This document shows, one piece after another, positions 51,107 through 63,131 of a DNA stretch of 64,000 bases. The notes below the pieces were generated by a model, which was given only the letters and a program-made list of their open reading frames with translations, did not search any database and was not told where the DNA came from. This DNA comes from Eledone cirrhosa (Eukaryota): positions 367,784,001 through 367,848,000 of the forward strand of contig OZ024741.1 of assembly GCA_964016885.1 (NCBI GenBank). The letters are read 5' to 3'. Every line of letters starts with the position of its first letter. The stretch's first letter is position 1. Both the position numbers and the translations under genes were made by a program.

Positions 51107-51509
51107 GTAAGTAAAAATGATATTCATTGTTATCATCATCGTTTTTACATCCATTTTTCTAATGAAAGTCACACTGCCTATGATTTTCAAATAAATTTGA
51201 AAACTAGAATTTTTTTCCACACGCTGACGCGTATGTGTGTATGTGCATACATTTACTTGTTTGAGTATATAAATATAAACATGCAAACACAGACACACTT
51301 ACAAAAATACACACTCACAGTTGAATGGGTCTTTTCACTTATTACGCTTCTTTAGGATTTAGGGTTTTCAGATTCGCTCTTAACACTTCTGCCCAAGTTT
51401 TTCTTGGTCTTTCTCTATAGCAGTTTCCTGGCAATGATCAGCATCCATACACATCACATGGCCATACCAGCACTGTCTTCTGTGTTATACACTCCATTTG
51501 ATTCCTCTT

Positions 51510-51895
51510 AATAATTGTTTCTATTTTTGGCACAAGGCCAGCAGTTATCCCAGTGCATTACTGGTACTTCATTTATCGACCCCGTAAGGAATAAAGGCAA
51601 AGTTAGCCTCGGCATGATTTGAACTCAGACCGTAAAGGGGCGTAACTCTATGCTGCAAGGCATGGCGTTCGACCTTCTACTGATACTGCCAATCCGCCGC
51701 CTCTTAATAATTGTTTCTACTTTTGGCACAAGGCCAGCAATTACCCAGTGCATTACTGGTACTTTATTTTATCGACCCCATAAGGATTAATTGCAAAGTT
51801 AACCTCGACGGGATTTGAACTCAGATCGTAAAGGGACGTAACTATGCTGGAAAGCATGGCGTCCGACCCTACCGATACTGCCAATCCCCCGCCTT
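51510..51895 (-). mobile_element. Two tandem SINE family 1 copies
   Basis: Repeated reverse head, core and tail. Confidence 0.87.
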
Positions 51896-52864
51896 TCATA
51901 ATAATAATAAATACATAATAAAGTACATAATAATAAAATGATATTAATGATGGTGAAAGGACAAAAAGCCATAACAGTGTGGTTATTATAATCATTATCA
52001 TCATCACTGTTAAATTTCATGTTTGAATGGGTTAAATGAGTTGTCATGTTATGAAACAAGTCAGGTCAGGTGACCATGTCTTGCTCATACAGATCTGTAT
52101 TTTAGCTTGGTTTCTACAGCTGGATGTACTTCCTAATGCCAACCACATTAGCATGAACTGCGTGTTTTTTATCATGGCACCAAAATGAACAACAGACATG
52201 TTGGACTGAGCATTTTTTGTTTTTTGTCGTGTAACCACACGTCCAATTTACAAGGTGGACAGAGTGTTTTTTGTCGCATCACCAACACAACCACATCAGA
52301 GGGTGGTCTGGATGCTTTTTGTCGTGTCACTAGCATGAGCACCTTACATGGTGGACTCAGAGCTTTTGTGTCACCAACATATGGCCACCTTATAGGGTGG
52401 ACTGGGAGTTTTTAGCCATTTCAGCAACATTGTTGGTAGGGGGAATATCCAGCTTTCCATGTTTATATGCATAAGTTGGACAAGAGAGATGTATCAGATA
52501 TGGATGTGGGGTGGGGATTGGAGAAGCAGATCTAATGTGGGGTACTTAACTGGTGGAGGTGGAATGTTAAAACATGGAAGGTGTATAGGAGAAGGCAGAC
52601 TAGTGCATACTAGTGACCACTGGAGATATATATATATATAAAACCATGCTTGCACCTATATATGTGTGTGTGTGTGTGTGTATATACATGACTACGTGGT
52701 TAAGGAATTTGTTGTTTGTGTGTGTGTGTCGTATATTAGCAGTTCTACAAAAGAGATCCATAAAATAAGTACCAGACTTGAAAAAAATAAATATTAGGAT
52801 TGATATGATTGACTTAATGAAGGAAGTGCTCCAGCATGGCTGCAATCTAATGACTGAAACCAGT

Positions 52865-53077
52865 TTAACCCTTTAGCATTTAAAGTGGTTCTATCTGGCC
52901 AGAATTCTCTCACCTCTTCATGTTCAAACCGGCTGTTACCAGCTGCTTATACTGATATTAAGTTATTGTTCTCAAAACAAATATCAAAATCTCATAGATT
53001 TGATATTATGTGAGGTAAAGCCTTTACCGTGAAAATATAATAGTAAATATAGAGTAATGTAAATGCGATAGGGTTAA
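52865..53077. mobile_element. piggyBac-like MITE family A
   Basis: TTAA on both sides; TIRs present. Confidence 0.85.
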
Positions 53078-53662
53078 AAAAAAAAAAAAAAAAGAATGTA
53101 TGTATGTGTGTGTGTGTATACAGAGCTATAGAGCGAGAAGAGATAAATCATTGACAGTGAATACACTCCAACAACATTTTTTATTGTACATTTGTGTTCC
53201 AGGAATTCTAGTATTGTTTGTGTGACAGATGGATAAATAGACTATACAGTTATTATAATGCAAATTATTAAACCCTGAAGTCAAAACATGCCCTTTTCAA
53301 AGTCACAAAATAATATGTACCATATTGACATTATATTATTTTTACTTGCTTTTCAAAAGGGCATTTCATATGCCAAAATATTTAGATTTGGCAAAAGCAT
53401 CGTTGTGGTATTTATTCCATCATCCTTGCCTTCTGAGATGAAATTGTTCCAAAGTCAACATTGCTTTACATCCTTCATATTTTGCTGCTTCAGTTTTAAG
53501 CCTTTTGTATCTATATTTTTAATGAAATACACTCTATTTCAATTAATTAATGACAAATTTAAAGGGATTTCCTAATATTGTTAACTACTTCATAACTATG
53601 ATAGTAACTTTGCATATTATTCTTATATGAAATTATGTTGGAATATTTTAATTTAAATAGGA

Positions 53663-54078
53663 AACCTTTTGATACCAAACCACCAGGAACTACCCCTGGT
53701 TCTAGAATACAAAACTGTTTATATTTATTTAAAACTCATAAACTTTAAAAAAACAATGTTAGCTATGCTCAAAACACTAACTTAATAATGAAAAAGTTAA
53801 TTATATAACTAAATCCTTCCATATTCTTGATTATTTTTCAATCTATCTGAAAATGTAAGCAGTTTCTTTCTTTAGAAATAAAGTAACAAAAGGGTTTAAC
53901 CCTTTAGCATTTAAACCAACCATATCCAGCCATAATTCTCTCACCTCTTTCTGTTTAAACAAAATAAATAATATCAAAATCTCATAGAATCGATATTATG
54001 TGAGATAATTATGAGATAAAGCCTTTACCATGAAAATATAATAGTATATATAAAATAATGTAAATGCTAAAGGTTTAA
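53663..54078. mobile_element. MITE family B (53663-53899) abutting MITE family A (53896-54078) at a shared TTAA
   Basis: CCTTTTGATACCAAAC...GTAACAAAAGGGT-TTAA-CCCTTTAGCATTTA...TGCTAAAGGT-TTAA. Confidence 0.7.
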
Positions 54079-54166
54079 ATGGATATTTTTGTTTTATAGA
54101 ACCAGAGCCAGGTATTGGTCGAGTTTATATCAAAACGACTGAATAATCCATTCATTTTCTTTGTAG

Positions 54167-54313
54167 GTTCCACATAATGCAATTGTTACTTCACATCCTG
54201 GGATGGCTTTCAGTGTTGCAGAAACTGTTGCAGATCTGAAGAACATAAATGTGAAAGAAGTCTTGAAATCTTGCCTAGAGAATACACAGAAACTTTATGG
54301 AATCAAACTATAG
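54167..54313 (+). CDS. TATDN2: TATDN2-like last coding exon
   Basis: TTTGTAG| VPHNAIVTSHPGMAFSVAETVADLKNINVKEVLKSCLENTQKLYGIKL* is a typical TatD C-terminus. A possible ATTAAA poly(A) signal lies at 54375-54380. Confidence 0.92.
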   Translation, partial: VPHNAIVTSHPGMAFSVAETVADLKNINVKEVLKSCLENTQKLYGIKL

Positions 54314-54577
54314 AAATAATTAACAAATTTAAAACTAACCTGATTTATCTTATTTTATAAAAAGTCAATGAATTATTAAATTATTTCATTCTTTTTATTT
54401 TATTTTGTGTACACTGTAGACATGGCTGTGTGGTTAAGGAGTTTGTTGCACAACCATGTGGCTTTAGGTTCACTCCCACTGTGTGGTACCTTTGAACATC
54501 TTATACTTTAGCCTCAGATTGACTAATTCCTTGTGTGAAATTTGGTAAACAAAAAGTGTGTAGAAGCCCATTGTGTG

Positions 54578-54613
<36 letters not shown>

Positions 54614-55194
54614 AAGAAATGCCAGGAAATCTCAGTGGAAGGAAGCCACAATAGAGGATGACCAAGAAAGACCAAAGCAGAGGTTGTGAGAGTGGACTTC
54701 AAATCACTAAGACTGGCAGAGGAGATGATGAAGGAACACAGCATGTGGTGACATGCTGTACTGAGAAGGACTCGTGTGTGCATGTATGTATGCATTGTTT
54801 TTGTTTATACCCTGTAGTTTAGCAATTCAGCTAAAGGTCTTCTTTGCCCACTTATTCCTAGGAGATTTGTGGGGGCAGAATCCTCTAGCATGGCTTCCAG
54901 CAGGTCATGTCAGAAGCAACCATAACCAAGCAAAACCAGCAGAGCTCATGAATGTTATCCAACCATCTTGCTTATGGTCTACCTCTGGGTCTCCTGTCAG
55001 TTGGTTTTGCCCATAAAATCTGTTCAGCAATTCTTTCCCCTAGACCTAACCATGTCTGTAATTGAGGAAGGGTGTGGTGCTTGTATGCAAGATGGATGTA
55101 GGAGAGGTAGATTTAAGGTAGGGTACTTAGTTGGTGAAGAGTGGGAAGTAGTGCAAACTAGATGTTTGTTTCATCCCATGCACATGTGAAGGTG

Positions 55195-55952
55195 GGTTGT
55201 CTACAGTACTGTATAATGCCAGAGATCTCAATCCTGTGTCATCAACTTTCAGAGGTCTAATTGTGCAAGGTCAGCTTTTACCGCTTCCTCTTCCATAGTT
55301 ACAACTTCAAGTGCTCTGCACCTTTTTATACAGCTCTTATCCCCCATACTCATCTCCTGCACACTGCATCTGAACCTTCTTAGTTCATTTATGTTTTGCC
55401 GTTCATGTATTAGTCATCCATCAGAGCATGCAAGGTTCATTTCTTTCTAATCTTCGTAGGTCCTCTGCGCACAGTGCCCATGTCTCACTACTGTGCAAGA
55501 TTGCTGTTCAAAAACATGCATTGTACAATCTACCCTTTATTTTGAGAGAAAATTCTTTTGTAGCTAGCGGCGATAGTAGCTCCTTGAACTTTCTACATCC
55601 CATTCTCACTCTGGCTACTGTACTTTTGGAACACCCAGCTCCACAGCTAATTTGGTCACCCAGGTAACAGAAGCTGTCAACTGCTTCTACAGAACCCTAT
55701 AAGAATTTGATAGAGCTTGTTTCCAGTGAACAATTGCTACTTACTGCACATGTGTAAAACATGTTCTTTGCTAGCCTGCTTGAGATCCTGCTACATCTCA
55801 TTGTGTACCCATAGTTTGCATTTGAGACAAAGGAGGAATTTCTACATACTGAGCAGGACCCCTGAGGGGATCTGGGCCTTGTTTTCCTTTCTACTTACCC
55901 AAGTTGACTTTAAGATATTTTGATTCCAGGTCAGGAATTTTTTTCTCTAGTT
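55195..55952 (-). mobile_element. Old degenerate RTE LINE fragment
   Basis: Colinear with the DSF.YLGD...HSSETWAL region of the young RTE copies. Confidence 0.82.
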
Positions 55953-57846
55953 ATCTATATATATTTATTTGTTTCCTATGCACTTAAAAACCAGTGGACC
56001 AATCATGTTCAAACTTAATATATGAGTTACTCACACTTGGGACTATATTCATTTGTTTATATGTTTGTTTGTCAATCTGTGGTTGTCGTGAGTTATAGTC
56101 TTCACTACAACAAAATGTGATGGAAAATAGAGAGAATGAAGAAGTAATAATTTGAGGGAAAGTCAACACACATGATATTAAATAGTGCTGAAAGACAAAG
56201 ATGGAACTAAGCATTGAAAATAGTAACCAACGATACAGCAACTAACACACGTTTGCTTCAGTATTGAATGTCCTCTCTTTCTCCTGCATGAAAAGAGGTA
56301 CAACTAAAACAAGTGAGTGACACTCGTTCAATCAACATAAAGCAACAACACACGCCTACTTTAATATCAAAATCCACTCACCTCTATCACTGCAATACAT
56401 TTCTTCAAACATTCTTTATATATCTTCCCTGTGTGTGTATATATGTCATATCTATTTCATATTTAGCTAGTTTGAGGGCATCATCATCATCATCATTTTA
56501 CGTCCGCTTTTCCGTGTTAGTATTTTAATATATGCTAAGGGAAGTGACGCTGAGCAAGTTCTGTTTGTAGTTGGTGGTGACGGTGACACTTGACATCTCA
56601 CCGTTACCATGACTACCAACATATTTTTCCAAACGCAAGAAAGCTTCTCGGTATAAGTTTGAAAGCAGAGGCAACAGAGAGAAGTTCCTGCTAGATCGTG
56701 TCAACAAAATCTCCATACGGTTTAAATACACAAGTCTCTAAATGTCAGCAGAACTGCCCCCAGGAGTCATGACTTGGGTGCTACCCCCGCTCCCTTAATG
56801 TGCAAGCAGTTATGGGTTGGAGGGTTTCTTCTCTGAAGACCGTCTGCTGTTCAGCTCTCCAGAGAGTTTCTTACCATTATCTTCTTCATATCTTTCCCAT
56901 GTGTGTGTGTGTGTATGTATATATATATATATATGTCACATTTTCATATATAGCTCCATGTGTGTGAGCGAATATTGGATGTGGTCCATAAAAATGTCTA
57001 TAAACTTCAAAATATAATTTTTAAAAAGAGGGAGCGTCTGATGCGAAGGGGCGTCCTATAGACCGGCAGATACGGTATATTAATAATGTAGCGCTAAAAA
57101 GCCATTAGAAAATCGCGGAAGATATTTACGATTCCGTAAATATGCGGTGGTTTCCACGAACAATTATTAGGTTCTAAAGAAAATTTCGCGTACACTATAT
57201 ATATATATATATGTAAAGCTAATATCAAACAATTGATAATCGAATCAGTTAATAAAAATATCAAAAAATGTTATACCCACACCAGTGCCAATTTTGGCAA
57301 AAGCCGAATACGTAAATGAGTGTATATTCCAGCAGTCCCGGAACCGGTACAAGAATCGTCAGTGGACTTCGTCTCGTAAACAACACAGGGAAAAAAAGAC
57401 ATCTTTTCAGGAATTCACCAGCTCTGCTTTCGTGTTTCTTCAACAACATTGAAAATAATTAACTGTACTTTTGTGTTGTCTAAAATGAGGCGGGAATTAA
57501 GGGTAGTAATTCATTCGTGTCTTCAATTTAAATATTCCACTAGAATTACTACTAGGAGTAAATATATTAATAAATTTACAAAGCTACATTATTACGAGTG
57601 CTCTGCGCATCCATAGTATTGTAATATTGTGCCTCACACCATCTTACTCAGTGCTGTAGTGGCAATATTGAACAAATCAATTAGGGTTATCAACAAAAAT
57701 TAATATGACTAACATCAAATCTAATAAAGATATCAAAATTATTGATATATCTTATAAATTATGGTTGCCAACATGATTGATACAACCATATCAAACAATC
57801 GATAATGGAATTAGTTAATAGAAATATAAAAAAAAATATTGATATA

Positions 57847-58152
57847 CAGTTGTCCCCCGGTATTCGCGGGGGTTACTAGAGGACCCGCGAATATTGGACG
57901 TGGTCCATAAAAAATGCCTATAAACGTCAAAACATAACGCAAAATATAGGCCGACAAATACGGTTTATTGTTATTAATAATTTAGCGTTAAAAAGCGTGA
58001 AAAAATATATATTGCCATTAAAAAATCGCGAAAGATTTATGATTCCGTGAATATGCGATGGTTTCCACGAACAATTATTAGTTAGGTTCTAAGGAAAATT
58101 CCGTGAATAACCGGATCCGCTTGCCAGGACCGCGAATGCCGAGGGTACACTG
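57847..58152. mobile_element. Tc1/pogo (Tigger-like) MITE
   Basis: TA|CAGTTGTCCCCCGGTATTCGCGG ... CCGCGAATGCCGAGGGTACACTG|TA. A degenerate relative lies at ~56965-57197. Confidence 0.8.
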
Positions 58153-58299
58153 TATACAGAAACCAGCGTCAGTTTCGCTAAACGCCCAACTGTTAATAAT
58201 AATTACGTAAATAAGTGCAAATTACAACAATTGGTTACATCGTCAACCCGGAATCGGCATAAGAATCGTCAATGGGCATTTTCCAATAAACACAATTTG

Positions 58300-59830
58300 T
58301 GGGGTGTATCCAACCATCTTGCACTGGGTCTCCTGCCGGTTGGTTTTGCCTGTAAAATCTTTCCTGAGACATTCTAATCACATGTTCGTAATATCGGAGC
58401 TGTGATCTATCAATTCGGAGAAGTAGCGACTATGATCTCCGTGCTATGCATTCTATCGAATAACGTTACTACAAAGACCCCTCGGAAGAATCCCATTTCG
58501 TCCGCTTGTGTTCGCGATCGTATTCTTTCGGTCATTACCCAAAATTCATGATCATAGGTAAGGATTGGCACAAACACCGAATTGAAGATAGCAAGTTTGG
58601 CTTTTACACCTATCTCCTTTCTTCTGATTAGCGAATGCTGAAGCTGGCGCATTACTGCACCAGCTCTGGCAATTCTTGCACTTAATTCAGCCTCCTACCT
58701 TCCATCACCCGTGAACACAGCCCCGAGATAGCTGAACTTCTCTTGTTTCAATGGAACTCCATTTACGTGTAGACTGAACTGCACAGACTTCCTTGAGAGG
58801 ACGAGTGTCTCAGTTTTCGCAGCACTGATTTCCATTCCTGCCGTACAGTACTCGACAGCTAACCTATCAAATATATGTCGGAGATCACCTAACGAGTTAA
58901 GTAACATCCTGTCGTCTGCAAATTCCAACTGATTGATCTTACACCCGCCAGTCTCGATATCACTTCAAACCCGGCTGCGCATGTCAATCCTGTCTACGAA
59001 GATAATGAACAGGCGATGTAACAATACATGGCAGAATCCGACACTCACATTGAATGGTCTTGACATAGCACCATTTATCCGAACACAAATGCTCGGGCAT
59101 TCATATAGAGATATTGGGGCAGCAAGAAGCTTACCGTCGATCCCATACTCCTGAACAATCTTCCACAGCAGGTCCCGAGGAACGCGGTCATATGCCTTTT
59201 CGAGGTCCACAAAACAAGAATATACTTCTTGGCAATACACTCACAGTTTCTCGAAGACCCGCCGCAGTGTGAATATTTGGTCGGCTGTGCTGCGTCCGGG
59301 GCAAAAACGGCACTGTTCACCAGCTAGCTTGGACTTGACAATCTCCCTACATCTCTTTGCCAGACACTTAGCATAGACTTTACCGGAGAGGCTTAAGGAG
59401 ATACCTCTGTAATTTAAACACTATCTTGTCTCCCTTTTTGAAAATTAGGATTATCACTTCCGATTGTCATTGTTTAGGTGCCTTTCCAGAGATCCAGGCC
59501 ACCTGGTACATACGAGTCAGCCAGAGAATACCGGCTCTATTTAAGACGTTTAACATCTCGTGTTGTCATTCTCATCAGTGGCCTTGTCATATTTCAGCTT
59601 TTTAATTGCGCTTGTGACTTCAGCCTCCGAGAGGTTAGTTATCACTCCCAGGTGCACCTCGTGTATATCAGCTGACGCTGTTGTAGCTGGGTTTAGGAGA
59701 TCAGCAAAGTATTCTCTTAATCTTGCGAGGGTGCATTTCTCTGAAGAGAAGAGAACCCCAGACGCGTTTATGATAGCAAAAGTATAGGAGGACTTCTTAT
59801 TACGAAGCCGCGAGAGTTGTTCTGCTACAG
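58300..59830 (-). mobile_element. Degenerate RTE LINE of a different (Expander/Rex3-like) lineage
   Basis: REYFADLLNP, CFVDLEKAYDRVPRDLLW, FADD, FSYLG and KAKLAIFNSVFVPILTY.HEFWVMTERIRSR; many frameshifts. It may extend to ~60020. Confidence 0.85.
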
Positions 59831-60379
59831 AACGGATCATAGGTGGCGGATAGCAATACGACCACCAGATATAGTTAAATGCGATATATGCGGGCTCCTG
59901 CCAGGCGAATAAGCAGCCCAACAGTGGTAAACTATTTGAGGAAATGGAGCTATGGGTGACACTGTTTGCTCCCAGGAAAAACTCTCACAGCCCAGTGATG
60001 TAGCTACGGCAAGGCGAGTAAAGGTTACCTCTAAAAAAAGCCTAGTCTTCGCGGGTCTGTGAAAAATTGATGACTGGTGCGAATGAGACCACCAAAAACA
60101 CTGTAATACGGCTAGACACAACAAAGGCAGTCATATCGCATCGAAATTCCTGCGAGATAACAAGTGACGCGTTCAGGCCTGAGGTAGAGCAGCTTGTTCG
60201 AAAAATATATTGCAGTTTCCATCCAACGCTGTAAAAACTGACGAATGGCCTGCGACCTATCCTGGGGGGCGTGGCATGCAAGCACAAAGGATAAGTATCA
60301 CGAGACCCTTGAGAGGGTCTGGAAGGGAACAAACCTTAACAATATTAGTATTTACTCTATAAAAAAAAAAAATTAGTAG

Positions 60380-62398
60380 TATAGCGAGGTTACTGAGGTG
60401 TATGAATGTAACAAGGAATACAGGGTTTGGTGTATAATATTTAATTAACAATGGTAGATAGTATAGTTGACATGTCAATAGGAATAGATGTTAGAATGAA
60501 ACAAAGTTAGTAGTTACCGTTTTGATTGCCAGGCAAACGCGGCTGGCAGAGGACGCCTGGCCTTAGCCAGGACGCCGGAAGGGCAATGAGAGAAAGGAAG
60601 CTTAAAGTTGTTAGTTTTATAGGGCTCTGACCGGAAGTTGCAGAAAGGGTTCCACTTCCCGTCTAGATCTTAATCAAAACAAGGGAGACAACCGCTACAT
60701 AACCTCCCGCCAGAATTTTAGTGTATAAAAATCGAAATGAAAATATGTAGCAAGTTGGCGAGAATGTTGTAACAGGCATGAAAATTACGACAAAAGAATG
60801 TTTGGAAAAATCAATGATAGATATCAAGGTAGCCAACCGCTCTTGGCCAGAGAACGACTGGACATCCATCTATCCATCACCCAAAGATACAATGTAATAA
60901 AGTAAAAGTAATAGAAGAGCTCAAAGTTCAAAATGTACAAAATATAGTTCACAGGTGTGCAATCACATGACAGCAGGAAAGAAAGTGTGTTCCAGAGAAT
61001 GAATGCAGGTGGTCTCTGTTCTGTGGTATATCGTGAAATTTCCAACCTCCGAATGGATTTTCTCACAGGGAGAGTGCTGCAAAAATAAATTCTCTGGCGT
61101 TCTGCTGGTTGTTGGTGAAGCTGTGTTGATGTATTGCTGCTGCTGCTGTTGTCTCGCTGAGTGAGCGTATTCGGTGTTTAAATTCACAGTAAAACAAAAA
61201 TTTTTTTAGAAAAAATGAGTTGCGCAAAGTGCTAGAAATAGCAGCCGAAGTTGATGGTCGATGTTGAGAATGCGTTGACCTGGAAGGGTCAAGAGGCCAG
61301 CGACCAGAGAAATAAGCATTCTTAATAAATGCGCGGTTATCAACGGTAAATTTACATTGTAAATTTATAAACCGGCAAATAGAAGAATATAGCTTAAGGC
61401 TGAAGAATCCCTGGTGAGAAATGTTATCTCTGGCATGCGGCTGTCTGTGTGTAGAGACATCTCTGTGAATCGAGAATTTGTGCTGCCTACACGTGCCAAT
61501 ACAAGGTTGAAAAAAATAATATTTCTAACGCGCGAGAAAATGATAGTGCAATTTTGAAAGTGACAATGATGAAAAAGAAAGGCTTCACTCAGCATGATTA
61601 TTGGTGTGAACTTTGGGAAAAAAAAAAAAACTTGAACGATGAAGAAAACGATGAACAAAAAGGCAATGGTTCATCGAAAATAAATGTTCCTGTTGAAATG
61701 TTTTTTTTAAAGAATATCAAATTTCTTTTTTTTTTTTGTGTTTTGAAAGAGTTCGTTGTAAGAAACGAGAAACATATATATATCGTGAAATGTTTTTTTT
61801 TTTTTTTTTTTTTGAAAGTGTTCGTTGTAAGAAACGAGAAACATATATATATATTGGTGAAATGCGACAGTTAATTGATGCGTGAGAGAAAAAGTCTGTC
61901 TGTGCGAATTCCACATGTGCGTGTCCTTGAGTATTTTCATAGTTTGTCGCTAAATTTGCTGTGTATTCGTAATGTTACTCACAAAACCAGATGTGCTATT
62001 TTTTTCTTTTTTTTTGGGGGGGGGTGACCACTTATAGCGATGAACGGCTGCGTGTTCGTATCACGTCAGGGTTACCAATATAGCGAGGTTACTGAGGTGT
62101 ATGAATGTAACAAGGAATACAGGGTTTGGTGTATAATATTTAATTAACAATGGTAGATAGTATAGTTGACATGTCAATAGGAATAGATGTTAGAATGAAA
62201 CAAAGTTAGTAGTTACCGTTTTGATTGCCAGGCAAACGCGGCTGGCAGAGGACGCCTGGCCTTAGCCAGGACGCCGGAAGGGCAATGAGAGAAAGGAAGC
62301 TTAAAGTTGTTAGTTTTATAGGGCTCTGACCGGAAGTTGCAGAAAGGGTTCCACTTCCCGTCTAGATCCTAATCAAAACAAGGGAGACAACCGCTACA
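60380..62398 (-). mobile_element. Complete non-autonomous LTR retroelement (Gypsy-type termini), 2019 bp
   Basis: 320-bp LTRs at 60380-60699 and 62079-62398 (one mismatch seen); 4-bp TSD GTAG; tRNA-Trp PBS at 62046-62077; PPT-like GGCGGGAGG at ~60711-60703; no gag/pol ORF. Confidence 0.93.
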
Positions 62399-62433
62399 GT
62401 AGTATTACTGATGCGAAGGATATACTGAAAACT

Positions 62434-62617
62434 ACTTAGGAAATTAATAATTGTTTCTACTTTAGGCAAAAGGCCGGCAATTTGATGGGGAGGGGAAAGT
62501 AGATTAAATCGACCCCAGTGCACAACTGGCACTTTATTTTATCGACCTCGTAAGGATAAAAGGTAAAGCTAACCTCGGCGGGATTTGAACTCAGAACGTA
62601 ACTTAGGAAATTAATAA
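62434..62617 (-). mobile_element. 5'-truncated SINE family 1 variant with 17-bp TSD
   Basis: ACTTAGGAAATTAATAA at 62434-62450 and 62601-62617. Confidence 0.85.
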
Positions 62618-62633
62618 CATAAAACAAAAGGTA

Positions 62634-63131
62634 TGTAGCGACGTGGTTAGTCAGTCTGGTCACTACTTCCGATCAGATCCGAGAATAGTCCTTAGAAGGA
62701 CTTATCGCATACAGTCTGATCAGATATGAAGATAGCCCTTAAAAGGACTGTTGTCGCATATAGCCCTTAAAAGAACTGTTGAGGATGGACAGACGAAAGC
62801 ACAAGTTGAAAGGACGAAGCAAGGTACGATGTAAATTCGATCAGCTATTTATTTTCACATGAAGCGACGATACGATGTACAAAGCGTGGCAGAGGCGAGA
62901 AACAACGATGCGCTAGCTGACTCTGCCAAATGTCGACTGACGAAGTGTTTGGAACCACTCTATTTATACAGAAAAAATTGTTTGATGTGTAGGCGTTTAT
63001 TCTGGTAGGTTCTAAGGGTTCTTTTGTTTCACGTTGAAGTAGCTAGCTAACAGGTAGATGGCGCTGTATATTTCACAGATGTTATTTCCGGTGGCTGTAC
63101 ATTATTCCCCTGCCAGATCTTTTGTACAACA
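62634..63131 (-). mobile_element. Possible solo LTR (~500 bp)
   Basis: TG...CA termini (minus strand TGTTGTAC...CGCTACA), with TATAAATA then AATAAA in the expected order on the minus strand; no clean TSD. Confidence 0.4.

Noticed and set aside
51107-51355. C-terminal extension of ORF 50921-51355
   Set aside because: TatD similarity stops at the GTAAGT donor at 51107 and resumes in the exon at 54167.
56525-56860. Higher-complexity segment with 66-68-aa ORFs, possible exon or TE fragment
   Set aside because: No recognisable motif or consistent splice sites; cannot be called without a database search.
62046-62077. tRNA-Trp gene
   Set aside because: Only the 3' 32 nt with encoded CCA are present, adjacent to an LTR; it is a primer-binding site.
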